This document shows positions 20,616 through 30,788 of a stretch of 64,000 nucleotides of DNA, in pieces; position 1 is the first letter of the stretch; each line of letters begins with the position of its first letter. The stretch is from Acidobacteriota bacterium (GTDB lineage: Bacteria; Acidobacteriota; Blastocatellia; RBC074). The notes under the pieces are model-generated. The model was given only the letters and a program-made list of their open reading frames with translations, was not told where the DNA came from and searched no databases. The position numbers and the translations under genes are program-made. The stretch spans positions 727 to 64,726 of the forward strand of contig JAJVID010000143.1 of assembly GCA_022072205.1 (NCBI GenBank), written 5' to 3'.

Positions 20616-22817
20616 TTATTGAAATTCAACCTTGCACGTTTCGCCAGCCCTGACTTTCGCTCCCGGCGGCGGGAATTGGCGAACGGCAAGGCCTGAGCCG
20701 TGCAGGCTAATTACTAAATTCATCTGCGCGCAGGCTTGCGTCACTGCGCGCACTCCACGGCCGCTGAAATCCGGCATCATGAAAACAGGCGCCGAATCGT
20801 TTGGCGAAGAGTTTTGCGGAGGAGGTTTTGAAGGCGCAGCCTTCGGGTTTCGGGTCAACGGAGAAAGGTTCTCCGAAACGCTGGCGCCACTCGGCGCCGG
20901 TTTGTTGTTCGACTTCTTGTCTGATCGCGCTGTTATTTCTACTTGATCGCCCGATGACCGATTGCCCGATGGCGCAGCCGGTTTGATTTCGATTGGCGCG
21001 TTCGCCGGCGAATTCCCTTCCTGCGATTCTTCGTCCGCCGCTTGCGATTCGTATTTCTTCGAGAGCGCGGCCAGCGCGTCGCGGAACGATTTGTCGTCGG
21101 GCGGAACGGCGTAATCGCCCAGCGCGGCTTCAGCGATCAGGTTGAAGACCGGAGCGGCGACGCTCCCGCCCTGATGCCTGCCCTGAGGCTCGTCAATCAT
21201 CACGATGATCGCCAGTCGCGGATCCGTCGCCGGGACGAATCCCGCGAACGACGGCATGTATTTCGTGTGCGACATCCTGCCGTTCTCGACCTTCTGCGGA
21301 GTGCCGGTTTTGCCAGCTACGGTGTAACCCGTCAGATTGATCGCGTGCCGCGCGGTGCCGTGCGTTACGACCCGCTCCATGAGCCTGGTCATCATCTGCG
21401 CGGTCTGTTCGCTGACCACCTGCCGCGTTTCGATCTTCGGCTCGTAAAGCGCGCGGCCATCCTGCGTCACGACTTTCTTGATGACATGCGGCTTGACCCA
21501 GACGCCGCGATTGGCGATTGCGCCGACCGCCGCGACAGCCTGCAACAGCGTGATCGAAACTTCCTGGCCGATGGCGACCGAGCCGATGGAATCAATCCGC
21601 CAGTCTTCGAGCGGGTTGACGATGCCGCGCGATTCGCCGGGCAACTCGATTCCGGTCTTGCGCCCGAAACCGAACCGCGTGATGTAATCGTGAAACTTCT
21701 CCTTGCCGAGTTTCATCGCCACGCGGATCGCGCCGCCGTTCGACGATTTGGCGAAAGCGTCCTCGACCGACAGAACGCCGTAAGCGTGCGTGTCGCGGAT
21801 CACTCGTTTGCCGATGGTGATCTGACCGCCGCCGCAATTGATCATGTCGTCCGGTTTGAACAGGCCTTCTTCAAAAGCCGCAGCGTAAGTCACCATCTTG
21901 AAGATCGAGCCGGGTTCGTAAGGCCAACTGATCGCCCGATTGGCGCGCGCGTTGTCGTCCGCGCTGCCGGGACGTTCGTTCGGGTTGAAGGTCGGAACGT
22001 TGGCCAGGGCGAGAATGGCTCCAGTCTTCGGATCGTAGACGATTGCGCCCGCGCCTTTCGCATGTGTCATCCGCACGGCTTCATCGAGCAGGACTTCGAC
22101 TTTGTGTTGAAGCACAGCGTCAATAGTCAGGACGACCTGCGCGCCGTCCATCGCCGGTATCTCGTGGCGATTGTACGGGCGGCCTGAAGCGTCTTTGTCG
22201 AATTGAACCTCGCCCGGTTTTCCGCTCAGCAAATCGTTGTATTTCTGCTCGACGCCTGCCAGTCCCTTGTCGTAAGCGTCAACGTAACCGATCAGGTGCG
22301 CGGCCAGCGAATTGTTGGGATAGAAGCGCTGCGTCTCTTTCTGAACCGCGACGCCGTGAAGCTTGTTCTTGGCGACCGCCTCGTTGACGGCCTGAGAAGC
22401 CGTCGGATCGAGTTTGCGTTTGAGCCAGAGGAAACTCGAATTCCCGGTCAGTTTCTTCATCAACTCGGATTGATTGAAACCGAGCAGCGGCGAGAGCGTC
22501 TCAGCCGCTCGCTTGCGATCCGCTTCTTCCTTGAGTTGTTTCAAGTCAACGTAGACCGAATCGGCGATGGCGCTGACGGCCAGTTCGCGCTCCTGGCTGT
22601 CAACAATCGCGCCGCGCGAGGCGATGGTCTTGACCTCTTTCTGCTGATTGAGCGCGGCGCGATCCGTGTAATGTTCGTGCCGCGCCACCTGCAGCCACGC
22701 CAGACGGCCCACTATCGCCAGCATCCAGACGCACAGGAACGCGACTATCCACAGCACGCGCCTGCGCACATCGGTCTTTTGTCTGATTGTCTGATGTCTG
22801 CGTTGTTTCGTTCTCAC
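20616..22817 (-). CDS. ftsI: penicillin-binding protein (FtsI-type transpeptidase) with S/P-rich linker and C-terminal PASTA domain
   Basis: SxxK (GSIFKM), SSN and KTGT motifs. The last ~60 aa (MPDFSGRGVRAVTQACAQMNLVISLHGSGLAVRQFPPPGAKV) look like PASTA. GTG start. Confidence 0.9.
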   Translation of the reverse strand: MRTKQRRHQTIRQKTDVRRRVLWIVAFLCVWMLAIVGRLAWLQVARHEHYTDRAALNQQKEVKTIASRGAIVDSQERELAVSAIADSVYVDLKQLKEEADRKRAAETLSPLLGFNQSELMKKLTGNSSFLWLKRKLDPTASQAVNEAVAKNKLHGVAVQKETQRFYPNNSLAAHLIGYVDAYDKGLAGVEQKYNDLLSGKPGEVQFDKDASGRPYNRHEIPAMDGAQVVLTIDAVLQHKVEVLLDEAVRMTHAKGAGAIVYDPKTGAILALANVPTFNPNERPGSADDNARANRAISWPYEPGSIFKMVTYAAAFEEGLFKPDDMINCGGGQITIGKRVIRDTHAYGVLSVEDAFAKSSNGGAIRVAMKLGKEKFHDYITRFGFGRKTGIELPGESRGIVNPLEDWRIDSIGSVAIGQEVSITLLQAVAAVGAIANRGVWVKPHVIKKVVTQDGRALYEPKIETRQVVSEQTAQMMTRLMERVVTHGTARHAINLTGYTVAGKTGTPQKVENGRMSHTKYMPSFAGFVPATDPRLAIIVMIDEPQGRHQGGSVAAPVFNLIAEAALGDYAVPPDDKSFRDALAALSKKYESQAADEESQEGNSPANAPIEIKPAAPSGNRSSGDQVEITARSDKKSNNKPAPSGASVSENLSPLTRNPKAAPSKPPPQNSSPNDSAPVFMMPDFSGRGVRAVTQACAQMNLVISLHGSGLAVRQFPPPGAKVRAGETCKVEFQ

Positions 22818-22834
22818 GGGCGCCGTCCGGGTGA

Positions 22835-22862
22835 ATTTGATATTTAATATTTGATATTTGAT
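22835..22862 (-). repeat. AT-rich heptad tandem repeat in the ftsL-ftsI spacer
   Basis: atttgat atttaat atttgat atttgat. Confidence 0.75.
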
Positions 22863-22877
22863 GTGCGGCTCAGACCT

Positions 22878-23573
22878 TCAACGCTTCTTCTGAAGCCGCG
22901 CCACCTGTTGTTGCTTAGCGCTCTCCTTCTTTGCTTTCGATTTTACGGCGCTCGATTTCGCGGCGCCGGCCTTCGACGGCGGAGTTTTCGCCGCTGACTT
23001 TGTGATCCGGCTGTTTTTGACCGGCTGCCTGCTCAGGCGATTGTTGCTCACACGATTATTGTTCAGGCGATTTTGCTGACTGACCTCAGGCGGTTTGACC
23101 GGCGTTGAAACCTGTTGAACCACCTTCGGAACTGAAGTGTCCCGCAACGCCTCCACTCTATCCAATTTGAGTTGGTTGAGTCCGCCGAGCTTCCCCGCAC
23201 GATCGCTTTCGGTGGTGTTGAGCGCGCGCTGCTGATCGAGCATCAGGAATTTCTGCTGGCCGGCGTATTCATCCAGTTTCGTCCTGAGTTGCTCTTCGGC
23301 CTGACCGAGCCTGTAGGCGCTGATCTGCGACCGCAGCGCAAAGACGAAGCCTGCGGTGAGCGCAATCCCGATCAGGATCATCATCCACATCACACGAGCG
23401 CCGCGCTCTTCGCTGTTGCGCTTCCCTGCCCGGCTTGAAATCCGGGTTGAGTTGCGCCGCGCCGATGATTTCGCCGCGCCGAATGATTTTGATGTCACGG
23501 GATTTTTCGACCGGGTCTGGCGTTTGGTTACACGGCCGTTCTGAATTCTGGGCAGGTATCGCTGTGTTCTCAT
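22878..23573 (-). CDS. ftsL: FtsL-position bitopic membrane protein with basic tails
   Basis: Single TM (MWMMILIGIALTAGFVFAL) followed by a coiled-coil-like segment. Position between rsmH and ftsI. At 231 aa it is much longer than a typical FtsL. Confidence 0.5.
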   Translation of the reverse strand: MRTQRYLPRIQNGRVTKRQTRSKNPVTSKSFGAAKSSARRNSTRISSRAGKRNSEERGARVMWMMILIGIALTAGFVFALRSQISAYRLGQAEEQLRTKLDEYAGQQKFLMLDQQRALNTTESDRAGKLGGLNQLKLDRVEALRDTSVPKVVQQVSTPVKPPEVSQQNRLNNNRVSNNRLSRQPVKNSRITKSAAKTPPSKAGAAKSSAVKSKAKKESAKQQQVARLQKKR

Positions 23574-23714
23574 TTCCCACGCTCCTGAGATGAATGGCGA
23601 ATAGCGCCGGCGATTTTTACCTTCAGTTGAGACACGACTCTTTCGGCTTGAGCCTGACTTATGTTTATTGACCTTGGGGACTAACTGTTGACGTTGTTTA
23701 TGTCAGGGACGCCG

Positions 23715-24698
23715 TCAAATCCTGCGACAGGCGCGCAACTTCGCGCTGCGAGAGCGCGGGTTCGAAGCGATTTCGTCTTCGCCCGGCTGAATAGCTTTCC
23801 GCGTGAGTATTTCCACGCGCTTTGTCGCTCCGCATCGGCACTCAGGCTGGTTCGGGGGGCACAGGCAACGCCCAGACTGAAACCTGAAGGCTTGTTTGAT
23901 GATCCGGTCTTCGAGCGAATGGAACGTGATCACGACCAGACGCCCGCCGGGTTCGAGCGCGTCAATCGCGTCGGCGACGAATTGATCCAACCCATCAAGC
24001 TCGCGATTGACCGCTATCCGCAACGCCTGAAAAGTTTTTGTCGCCGGATGAATGCGCCAGTGGCCTTTTTGATGAATCGCGCGGACGACCAGATCGGCGA
24101 GCTGCCCAGTCGTCGTGATCGCCGCTTTCGCCCGCTCCGCAACTATGCGATGAGCTATGCGCCGCGAGGCTCGCTCTTCGCCGTATTCAAAGATGATGTC
24201 GGCCAGTTCTCGCTCGCTGAGACCGTTGACCAGATCGGCCGCTGTCAATTTCTGCGACCGATCCATCCGCATATCCAAAGGAGACGCGGATGGATCGTTT
24301 GGTGAAGTTACTGACGACGATGGGGACTCTACAAAACCTTGTCCGGAACGGAAGCTGAAGCCGCGCTCCGGCGTGTCCAATTGATATGACGAAATGCCGA
24401 GATCAGCCAGCACGCCCGCGACCGTCTCGATCCCTTCTTCTCGAAGAACATCTTTGATCCGGCGGTAATCTGTGTGAACCGCCCTGAATCTTTCGCCGAA
24501 CTCAGCCAGCCTTTGTTTGGCCAACTCGATGGCTTCCGCGTCACGGTCAAACCCGATCACGCAGTTACCCGGCGAAGCCCGCAAAATCAACTCCGTGTGC
24601 CCGCCCATCCCCAGCGTCGCATCAACAAACAGCCCGCTACGAGCGGCGTCGAGATGCTCAAGCGTTTCTCGCGGCATCACGGGGCGATGGAGTTCCAT
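23715..24698 (-). CDS. rsmH: 16S rRNA (cytosine1402-N4)-methyltransferase
   Basis: [21 protein letters not shown] and ITFHSLEDR motifs. Confidence 0.93.
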   Translation of the reverse strand: MELHRPVMPRETLEHLDAARSGLFVDATLGMGGHTELILRASPGNCVIGFDRDAEAIELAKQRLAEFGERFRAVHTDYRRIKDVLREEGIETVAGVLADLGISSYQLDTPERGFSFRSGQGFVESPSSSVTSPNDPSASPLDMRMDRSQKLTAADLVNGLSERELADIIFEYGEERASRRIAHRIVAERAKAAITTTGQLADLVVRAIHQKGHWRIHPATKTFQALRIAVNRELDGLDQFVADAIDALEPGGRLVVITFHSLEDRIIKQAFRFQSGRCLCPPNQPECRCGATKRVEILTRKAIQPGEDEIASNPRSRSAKLRACRRI

Positions 24699-24739
24699 AA
24701 GCTGCCTTCGGCCCGCTCACAGCGTGACGGGCACGGGGG

Positions 24740-24780
24740 AGGAGACGCCAAGCCGCCCAAAGCTTTTTCCGGCGTCTCCT
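24740..24780 (-). other. 10-bp stem-loop between mraZ and rsmH
   Basis: aggagacgcc (24740-24749) pairs with ggcgtctcct (24771-24780). There is no U-tract, so it is not a canonical terminator. Confidence 0.5.
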
Positions 24781-24792
24781 AAACTCGATTTT

Positions 24793-25239
24793 TCAAATTC
24801 CCAATTGCGCCAACTCCATCGCGTCGTCGTCCGTGTACGGCTGTTCTTCCAGACGCGAGTGGCGGAAGTTATCGGCGTTCCAAATTTCCAGATACTTCAA
24901 ATATCCGAAGACCATCACATCGCCCGACAGCTTCGCCTCGTTGCGCAACATCGGATAGATCAGAATCCTCCCCTGCCCGTCCATTTCCTGCATCTGCCCG
25001 TAATAATTGGTCCGATCCAGAAACTTCTTCGCGGCCGGAACCATCGAGGGCTGAGCGGACAACTTCTTTTCAATTTCTTCCCATTCCTGCAGCGGATAAA
25101 TGCGCGCGCAATCTCCCAACAGGCTCGTCACATAAAAATCCGGCCGTCCGTACTTCTCATCAAGGTAGCGTTTAAAAGAGGCCGGAATCTTGATCCGCCC
25201 CTTGTCATCTACGCGCCCGTTGTAGCTACCTCGAAGCAT
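24793..25239 (-). CDS. mraZ: division/cell wall cluster transcriptional regulator MraZ
   Basis: Duplicated SpoVT/AbrB-like halves, N-terminus [23 protein letters not shown], and first gene of the dcw cluster. Confidence 0.92.
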   Translation of the reverse strand: MLRGSYNGRVDDKGRIKIPASFKRYLDEKYGRPDFYVTSLLGDCARIYPLQEWEEIEKKLSAQPSMVPAAKKFLDRTNYYGQMQEMDGQGRILIYPMLRNEAKLSGDVMVFGYLKYLEIWNADNFRHSRLEEQPYTDDDAMELAQLGI

Positions 25240-25320
25240 CGCGATTTCTCACCAACCCTTTAATCCTTTTCTTAAATATCGGTGCAGGTCGGCGAAAAAC
25301 GACCTTTCATTCTAAATTCA

Positions 25321-25357
25321 ACCACTCTGTTCTATCTTTTACCACTTTAGCCCACTC
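25321..25357 (-). promoter_or_regulatory. candidate MraZ operator: three phased AGTGG(G/T) direct repeats
   Basis: In mraZ sense the boxes are GAGTGGG (25357-25351), AAGTGGT (25347-25341) and GAGTGGT (25327-25321). Box starts are spaced 10 and 20 bp apart, 82-118 nt upstream of the mraZ ATG. Confidence 0.45.
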
Positions 25358-25608
25358 AAGTGCGGCGTATAGTATGCCAGCGATTAAAACGTGTCAAGGC
25401 ATTTGTCCAAGCGCAATCGTTGATTCACGACTTGAAGTCAGAAATGCTAAAGGATTGAAATTTATGCTTAGTACAGCGCCGGGCATAATGTTGCATGGAT
25501 GCCACAGTCCAGATTAGTTAGGCGCCGTTCGCACGCTTTGTGAGCGATGGGAGGTTGGTGATATAGTGACGCGCGTTTTTACAGAAGAAGGAATATCTTT
25601 TTCCCCGA

Positions 25609-26370
25609 ATGACTCCATTTCTACAACTCATCGGCTTCGGATTGCTGGCGGCCACAGGAAACATAGTCGGCGGTTTTCTAATCACAAGGGCGCGCGCGAC
25701 GAATCAGCGATTGCTCAATTATCTGATCGCGCTCGGAGCAGGGTTCATGCTCGGCGCGGTCTTTCTCGAAGTAATCCCCGAAGTCGCTTTGCAGTGGAAC
25801 AATGATTTGATAAAGCCGATGGGATTGGCTCTGGCGGGTTACTTGCTGATCCAGTTCGTCGAGCACACCATCGCGCCTCATTTCCATTTCGGCGAAGAGA
25901 CGCATTCCGACGAGATGCTGCGACGGGGCGTGGCCCTGACGGCAGTCATCGCGCTTTCGGTTCATACCTTTTTTGACGGCGTCGCAATCGCGTCGGGGTT
26001 GCTCACGAATTTCCAACTGGGCTTGCTGCTCTTCATCGCGATAGCGCTGCACAAGATTCCCGAAGGGTTCACTGTCGCTTCGATCATGCTGTCGTCGGGG
26101 CGCGGCCATCAGGCGGCCTTGCGCGCGACAGCATTGATCGCCGCCGCGACGTTCGCGGGAATCATTTTGACTTTCGTCCTTCGGCCTGCCGTCATCTATA
26201 CGCTGCCTTTTTCAGCCGGCGTCACGCTTTACGTGGCAGCTTCCGACCTGATTCCTGAAGTCAATCGCAAAAGCCGTTACGGAGGCGACGCGCGCACGTC
26301 GCTGCTGGTCTTCGCTGGAGTGGCGCTCTTTTACCTGGCGCATCTGATGTTGCATGACGCGCTCGAATAA
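25609..26370 (+). CDS. ZIP family divalent metal transporter
   Basis: 8-TM protein with the HKIPEGF signature and a His-rich loop ([12 protein letters not shown]). Confidence 0.85.
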   Translation: MTPFLQLIGFGLLAATGNIVGGFLITRARATNQRLLNYLIALGAGFMLGAVFLEVIPEVALQWNNDLIKPMGLALAGYLLIQFVEHTIAPHFHFGEETHSDEMLRRGVALTAVIALSVHTFFDGVAIASGLLTNFQLGLLLFIAIALHKIPEGFTVASIMLSSGRGHQAALRATALIAAATFAGIILTFVLRPAVIYTLPFSAGVTLYVAASDLIPEVNRKSRYGGDARTSLLVFAGVALFYLAHLMLHDALE

Positions 26371-26510
26371 TGGTCAATCCACTTAACGACCCGCCTGGCG
26401 AACCGTTACTTGCCTTGATCTGCGCCGCTCAAATATCATCCCGATTCACATTCACTGAGAGCGCACGCGTCCACGCGTACGCTCCCATGATTCATCTCAG
26501 GAGCGACTCT

Positions 26511-28199
26511 ATGAGCAATCCCGCAATCATCAATGACCGTCTGGACGAACTGCAGCAGGAGTGGGAAGAGAAACATCTCAAAACTTCGCTGCGGAAAATG
26601 CCTGAGAGCCAGGACGAGTTCTCGACTGTCTCTTTGAAACCAATCAACCGGCTTTACACGCCGCGCGACATTGAGAACATTGATTTCGAGCGCGACATCA
26701 ACTTTCCCGGAATGCCGCCGTACACGCGTGGCATTCATCCGACGGGTTATCGCGCGAAGCCCTGGACGATGCGCCAATTCGCGGGTTTCGGCTCGGCGTT
26801 CGATACCAATCAGCGTTTCAAATATCTGCTCGAACACGGACAAACGGGGCTTTCGACGGCGTTCGACCTGCCGACGCTGATGGGCTACGACTCCGATCAC
26901 CCGGTCTCCGAAGGCGAAGTCGGCAAATGCGGCGTGGCAATCTCTTCGCGCGAAGACATGGAAGTTCTTTTCGACGGCATCCCGCTCGATCAGGTGACGA
27001 CCTCGATGACGATCAACGCGCCGGCCTCGATGATCTTCGCGTTCTTCCTGGCGACGGCTGAACGGCAGGGAGTGAAATGGCGTGACATCGGCGGCACGCT
27101 GCAGAACGACATTTTGAAAGAATACATCGCGCAGAAAGAGTGGATTTATCCGCCGCGCCCCGCGATGCGGCTGATCACGGACACATTCAAGTTCACCGCC
27201 GCCGAGATGCCCAGATGGAATTCAATCTCGATTTCCGGCTATCACATCCGCGAGGCTGGCGCGACCGCAGCGCAGGAACTTGCCTTCACGCTGCGCGACG
27301 GAATCGAGTACGTCGAATACGGCGCCCGTGTCGGGCTGGACGTTGACGAATTCGCGCCGCGCCTGTCGTTCTTCTTCAACGCGCATAACGATTTCTTCGA
27401 GGAGATCGCCAAATACCGCGCGGCGCGGCGCATCTGGTATCGCGTGATGACCGAGCGGTTCAAAGCGAAGAATCCGCGCTCGCATCAACTGCGATTCCAC
27501 GCACAGACCGCCGGAGTCAGCCTGACGGTTCAGCAACCGATCAACAACATCTCGCGCGTTGCGATTCAAGCGCTGGCCGCAGTGCTCGGCGGGGCGCAAT
27601 CGCTGCATTGCGACGGTTACGACGAAGCGCTGGCCCTGCCAACGGAACGCGCCGCGCTGATTGCGCTTCGCACCCAGCAAATCATCGCGCACGAGACCGG
27701 CGTCGTGAACGCTGTTGACCCGCTCGGCGGTTCGTACTTCGTCGAGAAGTTGACCAACGAACTCGAAGAAGAAGCCTGGGAATACTTCCGCAAAATTGAC
27801 GCGATGGGCGGAATGGTTGAAGCCATCGAGGCCGGCTTCCCGCAGAAAGAGATTCATGAATCGGCTTACCAGTACCAGCGCGCAGTCGAACGCGACGAGA
27901 AAGTGATCGTCGGCGTCAACGCTTACCAGATGGAGACGAATGAACTGGGCGAGGCGAACATTTTGCAAATTGACGAATCGGTGGCGAGACTTCAGGAAGA
28001 GCGTCTGGCTAAACTTCGCGCGCAACGCGATAAAGCGGCGGCCCAGCGCGCGCTCGATGCATTGAAGCGCGGCGCCGAAGATCCGGACGTCAACACGATG
28101 CCGCTGCTGATTGATTGCGCGCGCGCCGATTGCACGCTCGGCGAGATGTGCGACGCGTTGCGGCCAATCTTCGGCGAATATCAGGAGCCGGATTTCTGA
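26511..28199 (+). CDS. methylmalonyl-CoA mutase family, large (substrate-binding TIM barrel) subunit
   Basis: [45 protein letters not shown] 26511 has AGGAG 7 nt upstream. The track ORF extends 141 nt further upstream. Confidence 0.9.
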   Translation: MSNPAIINDRLDELQQEWEEKHLKTSLRKMPESQDEFSTVSLKPINRLYTPRDIENIDFERDINFPGMPPYTRGIHPTGYRAKPWTMRQFAGFGSAFDTNQRFKYLLEHGQTGLSTAFDLPTLMGYDSDHPVSEGEVGKCGVAISSREDMEVLFDGIPLDQVTTSMTINAPASMIFAFFLATAERQGVKWRDIGGTLQNDILKEYIAQKEWIYPPRPAMRLITDTFKFTAAEMPRWNSISISGYHIREAGATAAQELAFTLRDGIEYVEYGARVGLDVDEFAPRLSFFFNAHNDFFEEIAKYRAARRIWYRVMTERFKAKNPRSHQLRFHAQTAGVSLTVQQPINNISRVAIQALAAVLGGAQSLHCDGYDEALALPTERAALIALRTQQIIAHETGVVNAVDPLGGSYFVEKLTNELEEEAWEYFRKIDAMGGMVEAIEAGFPQKEIHESAYQYQRAVERDEKVIVGVNAYQMETNELGEANILQIDESVARLQEERLAKLRAQRDKAAAQRALDALKRGAEDPDVNTMPLLIDCARADCTLGEMCDALRPIFGEYQEPDF

Positions 28200-28221
28200 T
28201 CGGCTCTTTCTCCCCCGGCAA

Positions 28222-29178
28222 ATGGCTACAAAACCTTACGACCAGGCGTTCAAATTTCTCGCCGAGCAGGACCCGGAGAGTCTGTTATTGATGCTCGGCG
28301 CAATCGAACCGGACGAGAATGCCGTCATCGAATTGCTGCCGCGCGAAATCAGCGCGGCCGCCGTGTTGCCTGACCAGCCTTACCTCGTCACATCGGCGCG
28401 CGGCAAGCGCGTGGTTCACGTCGAAGCATGGACGAGATGGGAAAAGGAAATCCCGGATCGGATGGTCGAATACGGGCCGCTGCACTGGTTCAAGTATCTC
28501 CTGCCGGTGGACAGCTACGTCATTCTGCTGACGAAAAAAGGTCTGCCGCGTCGCCCGCCGCGGAGCGGAGTTATCAACGCAGGCGGCACGCGCATCGAGA
28601 CGCGCTTTCATCTGATCCGCGTTTGGAAGATTCCGGCGCGCAAGGCGCTTGAATCGGGACGACCGGCATTGCTGCCCTTCGTGCCATTGATGGACGGTGG
28701 GCGCGAAGAGTTGGAAGCAGGCGCCGAGGCGTTACGCTCAGTGCCTGACGAAAGGCAGCGCAGCGAGATGGGCCTGCATTTTGTGATGCTCGGAGGCCTG
28801 CGCTACAATGACATTGACCTGCTGAAATTGCTCGTCGGAGGAACGTCTATGATGCCAATCGAACGATTACGCGAGTCGAGTTTCTATCAATCCATTCTCA
28901 GAGAAGGACGCGAAGAAGGACGCGAAGAAGGACGCGAAGAAGGACGCGAAGAAGGACGCGAAGAAGGACGCGAAGAGGAAAGACTTAGATTGCTGAAAGT
29001 CACTGCCGATAATTTACGCCAATTGATTGCTAAGCGCTTTCCCAGTATTCAAATCGGCAAAGAACTCGAAGCAATCAGCGATCTCGACATTTTGCAGCGT
29101 TTGTTCATCGAACTCGATGATATCCACGATCCTGACACACTCCGTCGCAGGATTTCCGAATTGGCCACGATGACTTGA
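28222..29178 (+). CDS. Rpn/YhgA-like PD-(D/E)XK putative nuclease/transposase with DUF4351-like tail
   Basis: The N-terminus YDQAFKFLAEQDP...VVHVEAWT...RMVEYGPLHW resembles the Rpn family. C-terminus has an (EGRE)n tract then LRQLIAKRF...LDILQRLF. Start taken at ATG 28222. Family assignment is from memory of motifs, not from a search. Confidence 0.55.
   Translation: MATKPYDQAFKFLAEQDPESLLLMLGAIEPDENAVIELLPREISAAAVLPDQPYLVTSARGKRVVHVEAWTRWEKEIPDRMVEYGPLHWFKYLLPVDSYVILLTKKGLPRRPPRSGVINAGGTRIETRFHLIRVWKIPARKALESGRPALLPFVPLMDGGREELEAGAEALRSVPDERQRSEMGLHFVMLGGLRYNDIDLLKLLVGGTSMMPIERLRESSFYQSILREGREEGREEGREEGREEGREEGREEERLRLLKVTADNLRQLIAKRFPSIQIGKELEAISDLDILQRLFIELDDIHDPDTLRRRISELATMT
28903..28974 (+). 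repeat. perfect 12-nt tandem repeat x6 inside the Rpn-like CDS
   Basis: gaaggacgcgaa repeated six times without mismatch, encoding EGREEGREEGRE... Confidence 0.95.
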
Positions 29179-29342
29179 TTGTCTTTTTCGCTTATTCGCC
29201 GCCAAGCGTTTTCCAGGCATTCAACAAGGCTGAACCTCAACCACCCTGAACGCGTTTATACAATTGCGGCTGCGGCTCACGCGGCCCAGTTATTCAACCA
29301 TAGTCACGAGTTTCCCTGACTCAAAACAGAAAGGAAATCACT

Positions 29343-30770
29343 ATGAGTAACGCTCATCGCTTCACGCGTGTGTCGCTGGCTTTTGCGCTCGCGCTGTCGA
29401 GCGTCACGGTCTGGGGACAGGACGCGCCGAAGCCCTCTGCGCCGAAAGGCGCTCAACCTGCGGCCAAACCTGCGCCAGCCAGGGTCGCCAACGTCAACTT
29501 CAAAGAGTTCAAGCTGAAAAACGGCCTGCGCGTCTTCCTGGTCGAAGACCACAGCGCGCCGGTCATTTCGCTCGCCCTGATTTACGATGTCGGTTCGCGC
29601 AACGAACGGCAGGGGCGCACGGGCTTCGCCCACCTCTTCGAGCACATGATGTTTCAAGGCTCGGAGCAGGTCGGCAAGGGCGAATACATGACGCTCGTCT
29701 TCAACAACGGCGGAAATCTGAACGGCACGACCAATGAAGAGCGCACGCTCTATTTTGAGACGCTGCCGGCCAATCAACTCGACCTCGCGCTCTTCCTCGA
29801 AGCCGACCGGATGCGCGGCCTCGACATCTCGAAAGAGAATCTCGACAACCAGCGCAACGCCGTGCAGGAAGAGCGGCGGCTGGGGCTGGATAACCAGCCT
29901 TACGGCAAGATGCGCGAAAAATTCGGCGAGACGATGTATGACAACTTCGCCTACAAGCATTCGGTCATCGGTTCGATGGATGACTTGAACGCCGCGAGCG
30001 TCGAAGACGTGCGCAATTTCTTCCGGATTTACTACGCGCCGAACAACGCCGCGATGGCGCTGGTCGGCGATTTCAAAATCGCCGACGCGCTGGCCAGGAT
30101 CAAAAAGAATTTTGAATCCATTCCGGCTCAAGCTTCGCCCGCCAGGGTAGACACGACCGAGCCGGAGCAGACCGCCGAGCGCCGCTTCACGATGGACGAC
30201 CCGCTGGCGCAACTGGCGCTGCTCAACATCGGCTACAAAGGCGTCATTGGCGAAACGCCCGACGCTTACGCGCTGCAAGTGCTCGGCACAGTGCTCGGCG
30301 GCGGGCAAAGCTCGCGGCTTTATCAAAAGCTGGTCAAGGAAAAGCAACTGACGCTTTCGGCCGGCAGTTTCTCCAATGCCCGGCGCGGTCCCGGCGCTTT
30401 CCAGATTTCGGCCACCATCGCTCCCGGCAAGAAGATCGAAGATGTCGAGGCGGTGATCTACGAAGAGATCGCTCGATTGCAGCGGGAGCCGGTCGCCGAC
30501 TGGGAGTTGGAGAAAGCCAAACAGTTCGCCAAGCGCGGCGCCGTCAGCTCACGTCAAAGCTCTTTGGGGCTGGCCATCAACATCACGGAGGCCGCCGTCG
30601 CCTGGAACGACCCGAATCTGGTCAACACGCGGCTCGATAAATTGATGGCCGTCACCAAAGAAGACGTGCAGCGCGTGGCGCAGAAATATCTGCAACCGGC
30701 AAAACGCACTGTCGGCGTCGCCACGCCCAAGCCGAAAGCGATGGGCGCCAACGCCAACCGCAACCAATAA
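29343..30770 (+). CDS. M16 family zinc peptidase (catalytic subunit)
   Basis: Signal peptide and inverted zinc motif HLFEHMMFQG (HxxEH). Confidence 0.88.
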   Translation: MSNAHRFTRVSLAFALALSSVTVWGQDAPKPSAPKGAQPAAKPAPARVANVNFKEFKLKNGLRVFLVEDHSAPVISLALIYDVGSRNERQGRTGFAHLFEHMMFQGSEQVGKGEYMTLVFNNGGNLNGTTNEERTLYFETLPANQLDLALFLEADRMRGLDISKENLDNQRNAVQEERRLGLDNQPYGKMREKFGETMYDNFAYKHSVIGSMDDLNAASVEDVRNFFRIYYAPNNAAMALVGDFKIADALARIKKNFESIPAQASPARVDTTEPEQTAERRFTMDDPLAQLALLNIGYKGVIGETPDAYALQVLGTVLGGGQSSRLYQKLVKEKQLTLSAGSFSNARRGPGAFQISATIAPGKKIEDVEAVIYEEIARLQREPVADWELEKAKQFAKRGAVSSRQSSLGLAINITEAAVAWNDPNLVNTRLDKLMAVTKEDVQRVAQKYLQPAKRTVGVATPKPKAMGANANRNQ

Positions 30771-30788
30771 CGGAAAGGAGAGCGCAAA

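Noticed and set aside
25380-25608. Zur/Fur-type operator upstream of the ZIP transporter gene.
   Set aside because: Only short imperfect inverted repeats were found (ggcat...atgcc). Nothing resembles known AT-rich Zur or Fur boxes.
28222-29178. Calling the Rpn-like gene a bounded mobile element.
   Set aside because: I could not find terminal inverted repeats or flanking direct repeats around it. Rpn/YhgA-family genes are often domesticated and stationary.
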